DNA of 64,000 nucleotides from Vermamoeba vermiformis (Eukaryota): NCBI GenBank assembly GCA_045837725.1, contig JBEWZL010000056.1, positions 434,001 to 498,000 of the forward strand, read 5' to 3'. Shown piece by piece: positions 61,001 to 64,000 of this stretch (position 1 is its first letter; each line of letters starts with the position of its first letter). The notes under the pieces were generated by a model. It saw only the letters and a program-made list of their open reading frames with translations, ran no database searches and was not told where the DNA came from. The position numbers and the translations under genes were made by a program.

Positions 61001-64000
61001 ACATGATGTTGCTTGATCCCACGGATTCAGACGCTGCCGTCTCTTTGTTCTTGTCAACATTCAAACAAGAAGCGGAAGTCTGCTACGTTGGCGAGTTCGA
61101 CGACGATGCTACAGACGAGGCTCGTGGCAATCTGATCCGGAAAGTCACTCAGTCAATGGCAACTGGCAAGACTGTGCTTCTTCTGAACGTGTTGCCCATC
61201 GCCACTTCGTTCTACGATTTATTCAACAGACACTTCTCGAAGCTTTCTGCAGAAAGAGACCAGTCCTACTACACATACGTTTCTGTTGGCCCTAATTCTC
61301 GACCTTGCTTTGTACACCCGAACTTCAAGGTCATTGTGCACACCCCGATGTCTTCACTAGCAGCAATTCACCTGCCGTTCTTGGATCGCTTTGAGAAGTA
61401 TCAGCTGTCCGTTGAACAAGTGCTCGAAGCAAAGCTGTCCAAGTTGTCGCTTCAGAGTTTCTGTGTGAACAATACCAAGATTGACGGATTTACGATGTTA
61501 AAGAACGCACTAGCCAACATGGTTGAGAGCTTGCATGGTCAACAGTGCAATAATCAATTGCTTTACGGAGTTCATCCGAAGGAGACAGTGGCTTCTCTTA
61601 TCTACTCCGTCTTGCAAAACACGTTGTCATTAGATTCCGAAGCTTCAACGAATATAACTCCAATGGTTTGGGAGACAAGCGAGGACAGTTTAATTATCGA
61701 GGACCAACCAACAGACGAATTCACTGTCGCACAAGCAGAAGACGAAGAGGCATCCGCGAAGACAGCAGAACACATGCGAGCAGCAATTAGTCAACTGAAA
61801 GGGCAGTTACTACAGCTGGCAAGGCCCGAAACGGTCCTCAATTGCAGAACGCTGCCCAAGGCGTACGTGACACACTACTTGCTGAAACAAGAACACCTCA
61901 GCGCGCTTCGTTTCTTGAAGCAGTTGCTCAAGGCCAAGGCAAACGTCAACGTCAAGAACAAGTGGACAGTCTACAGTCGAAGTTCAGCGTACTACCACCA
62001 AGCTGATGTTCTGCGCAACGCTATTGAAGATATCGAGCCTGGCATTCAAGTTGAAGAGTTCGACAAGGTTCGATCTGGTCATCAATGCGACACGATGGTC
62101 CAATCATTCTTTGACGACACTTCAAAGAAGGCACTCGTTATTCTCTTGGACATGACTAGATCAACGACTACAAGGATCAACTACCTTCGTCATCAAATTG
62201 ACAGCTATTCTGCCGCGCACAGCGACCGTTTGGTATTCTTGATCATGCACTTCCCGCCTGATTTCTATTCTGCGCTCAAGCCAGCGCCGCACGTCATCTT
62301 CTTGAACGATTGGAATTATCAGTACATTGACTCGCTGGGATTGGAGAGTGATATCTCCGACGATGCGGATCCGTTGGAGATCGACGCTCGAACTTGGCTT
62401 GCAATCAGTTGCGGTCTTAATGTCGAAGTTTCGTTGACATCAATCAAAAGCACCTTCGAGAAAGCGTTCTTCGCCCAAGTTGACGCCTTAATGGGGCGCT
62501 GGAATGGACGAGGCAGCACACCTGCCTACTTACCCAAATCTCGCAGCAAGATGTTGAAGGAGCTCTTAACCGATAATGCTTCTTTGTATGAATCTGCATT
62601 GCTGGAGTTATCTCAACGCTGGCGGGACTACTTGCCGACTATAATGTCCGACATCAGTGCAGCAATTCAAAAGGGCTCTGTCGTTGACAGCATTGCAAGC
62701 GTTGTATCGTCTTCCCTTCAATCATTGTTAGCGCTATTTGCTCTTGGATTCCTTCGCCGTTTGTATGGCAACGGTAACTTCGATGCAGTTCAGAATGCGT
62801 TGAAGACTGGATCCGAAGACTGCAAGCAGCTCATCATGCTGGCCGTTAAAGCTATCAAAGTACCCAAGTTGAAAACAGTACTTCAGCAGAATTCTGTCAG
62901 CGAAGAGCTTTTCACGATCGATTCAACATTCCTCAAACGCCCTTCGTTGCCTTACTACGACTTTATCTACGATATGTTGACTGAAGCTTATCGCAAAGCT
63001 AGAGCACAACAGGCCTCGAACAAGAGCTTTCGCACTCGAGTTCTCGATTACATTCAAGACAACACTGCACTCAAAGAGCTGGTTCAACACATTGACAAGA
63101 GCGAGGAGTTGAAAGACAAGTTCATCATGTGTTTTGTTCAACGCACTCTTGGCTTTGACAAACTTCGTCCCAGTCTGCAAGAGGTTTGCAAGCTCGTCAT
63201 TCAGAAGCTCGTCAACAGTCCTCGAGTTGTTGATTTGCTTTTCGTGAAGCTCACCCACGAAGACAAGTTTACGGTGTTGAACTCTTGTTTGATGCCGTTA
63301 CAAGCACTTGGTTCTGATGATTTGGACAACATACTCGTTGAAAGATTGCAAGAAGCTTTCCACTTGAACGCTCAGGTACGAAACACTTACGTGCCTTGAA
63401 TCGATCAACTAACATTTGTTCAGAATCTAAGCATTGCAGAAGTTGCACCGTTAATCGACATTGTCATTAGCAAAGCTACAGTTGATATTCTCTGGGAGAC
63501 GTTGAATGCTATTGGAGGTGATCGTGATCAATTGAACGAGTGGCAGAAAGCGTTCGGTCTGCTCTTTGACCGCTACCCTTCGCACTTCCATCTCCCATCA
63601 GCTGAGAAAAGCCAAGCATGGAAGTACAGCACGATGGTGTCAGCACTGTTACTAAGTCAACAGTTTGCTGATGAGTGCCTTCCGTTGTTCAACTCGTTCG
63701 AAGCAGTGGCCACAGCATGTGGTGTTGTTCCAAGCGATCAAGTCACTCTCCAACAAGCTCTCCAACAGAGCCACGCACTGATGCAGCAATTGAATATTGC
63801 ACCATCCGAAGAAGTCGTGTACTTCGCTCAAAAACTCTTGCACTCGCTGCTGATTCGTGCATCAACATCTTGCTACGGAAAGGCAAAGTACTTGATCGAA
63901 GAGTTCGTACGACTTTGCAATGGTAAGTAACTGAGCTATTCAACCAATCAATACTAACATAGAGTTAGATGGTGACGTGCCATTGTGGGCTGCGATCCCG
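55032..64000 (+). CDS. RNF213/mysterin-like giant multi-AAA+ ATPase (3'-truncated by the window)
   Basis: Ordered motifs GNPGEGKS, GDTGLGKS, YIDEFNTT, GPAGTSKT, FLDEAGL, LKVLHYHL, SNRILDAAKTSRA, RDFIYFLRYL, ALERNFNG, SFYDLFNRHF, VHPNFKVIV and PFLDRFEKY match the RNF213 AAA core. Long exons are joined by short introns. Confidence 0.85.

Noticed and set aside
1-64000. CRISPR arrays, rRNA, tRNA, prophage or operon structure
   Set aside because: None recognised. The sequence is intron-rich eukaryotic DNA with no regularly spaced direct repeats.

Overview
This is gene-dense eukaryotic DNA with many short AT-rich GT-AG introns (donors GTAAGT/GTACGT, CTAAC-like branch points) and the standard genetic code. 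Gene content suggests a free-living protist, possibly an amoebozoan (inference only). I assembled about 26 genes by hand, so splice junctions and some starts are approximate. Conserved genes: TRM9, DPH5, two MFS transporters, a copine/RGLG-like vWA protein, a tandem RhoGAP, a methyltransferase and a receptor tyrosine-kinase-like gene. Less usual genes: two Crinkler-type NTPase+REase-like genes, two F-box genes, a DOMON/copper monooxygenase, an FHA-UBA-PARP6/8-like ADP-ribosyltransferase, an RNA ligase-polynucleotide kinase fusion, bacterial-type DUF4105 and SBP-vWA genes that carry introns, and a giant RNF213-like ATPase running off the right edge. Three signals are not explained by the gene list. 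(1) Two sharply bounded CpG-depleted islands lie over the two Crinkler-type gene bodies (the first also over the adjacent ankyrin/F-box gene) in otherwise CpG-rich DNA. (2) A 944-bp foldback element with TGT...ACA ends and an ATAT duplication sits inside a monooxygenase exon. (3) An identical 14-mer, TTGACACGTGTCAT, lies in sense orientation in introns of four unrelated genes. No rRNA, tRNA or CRISPR array was recognised.
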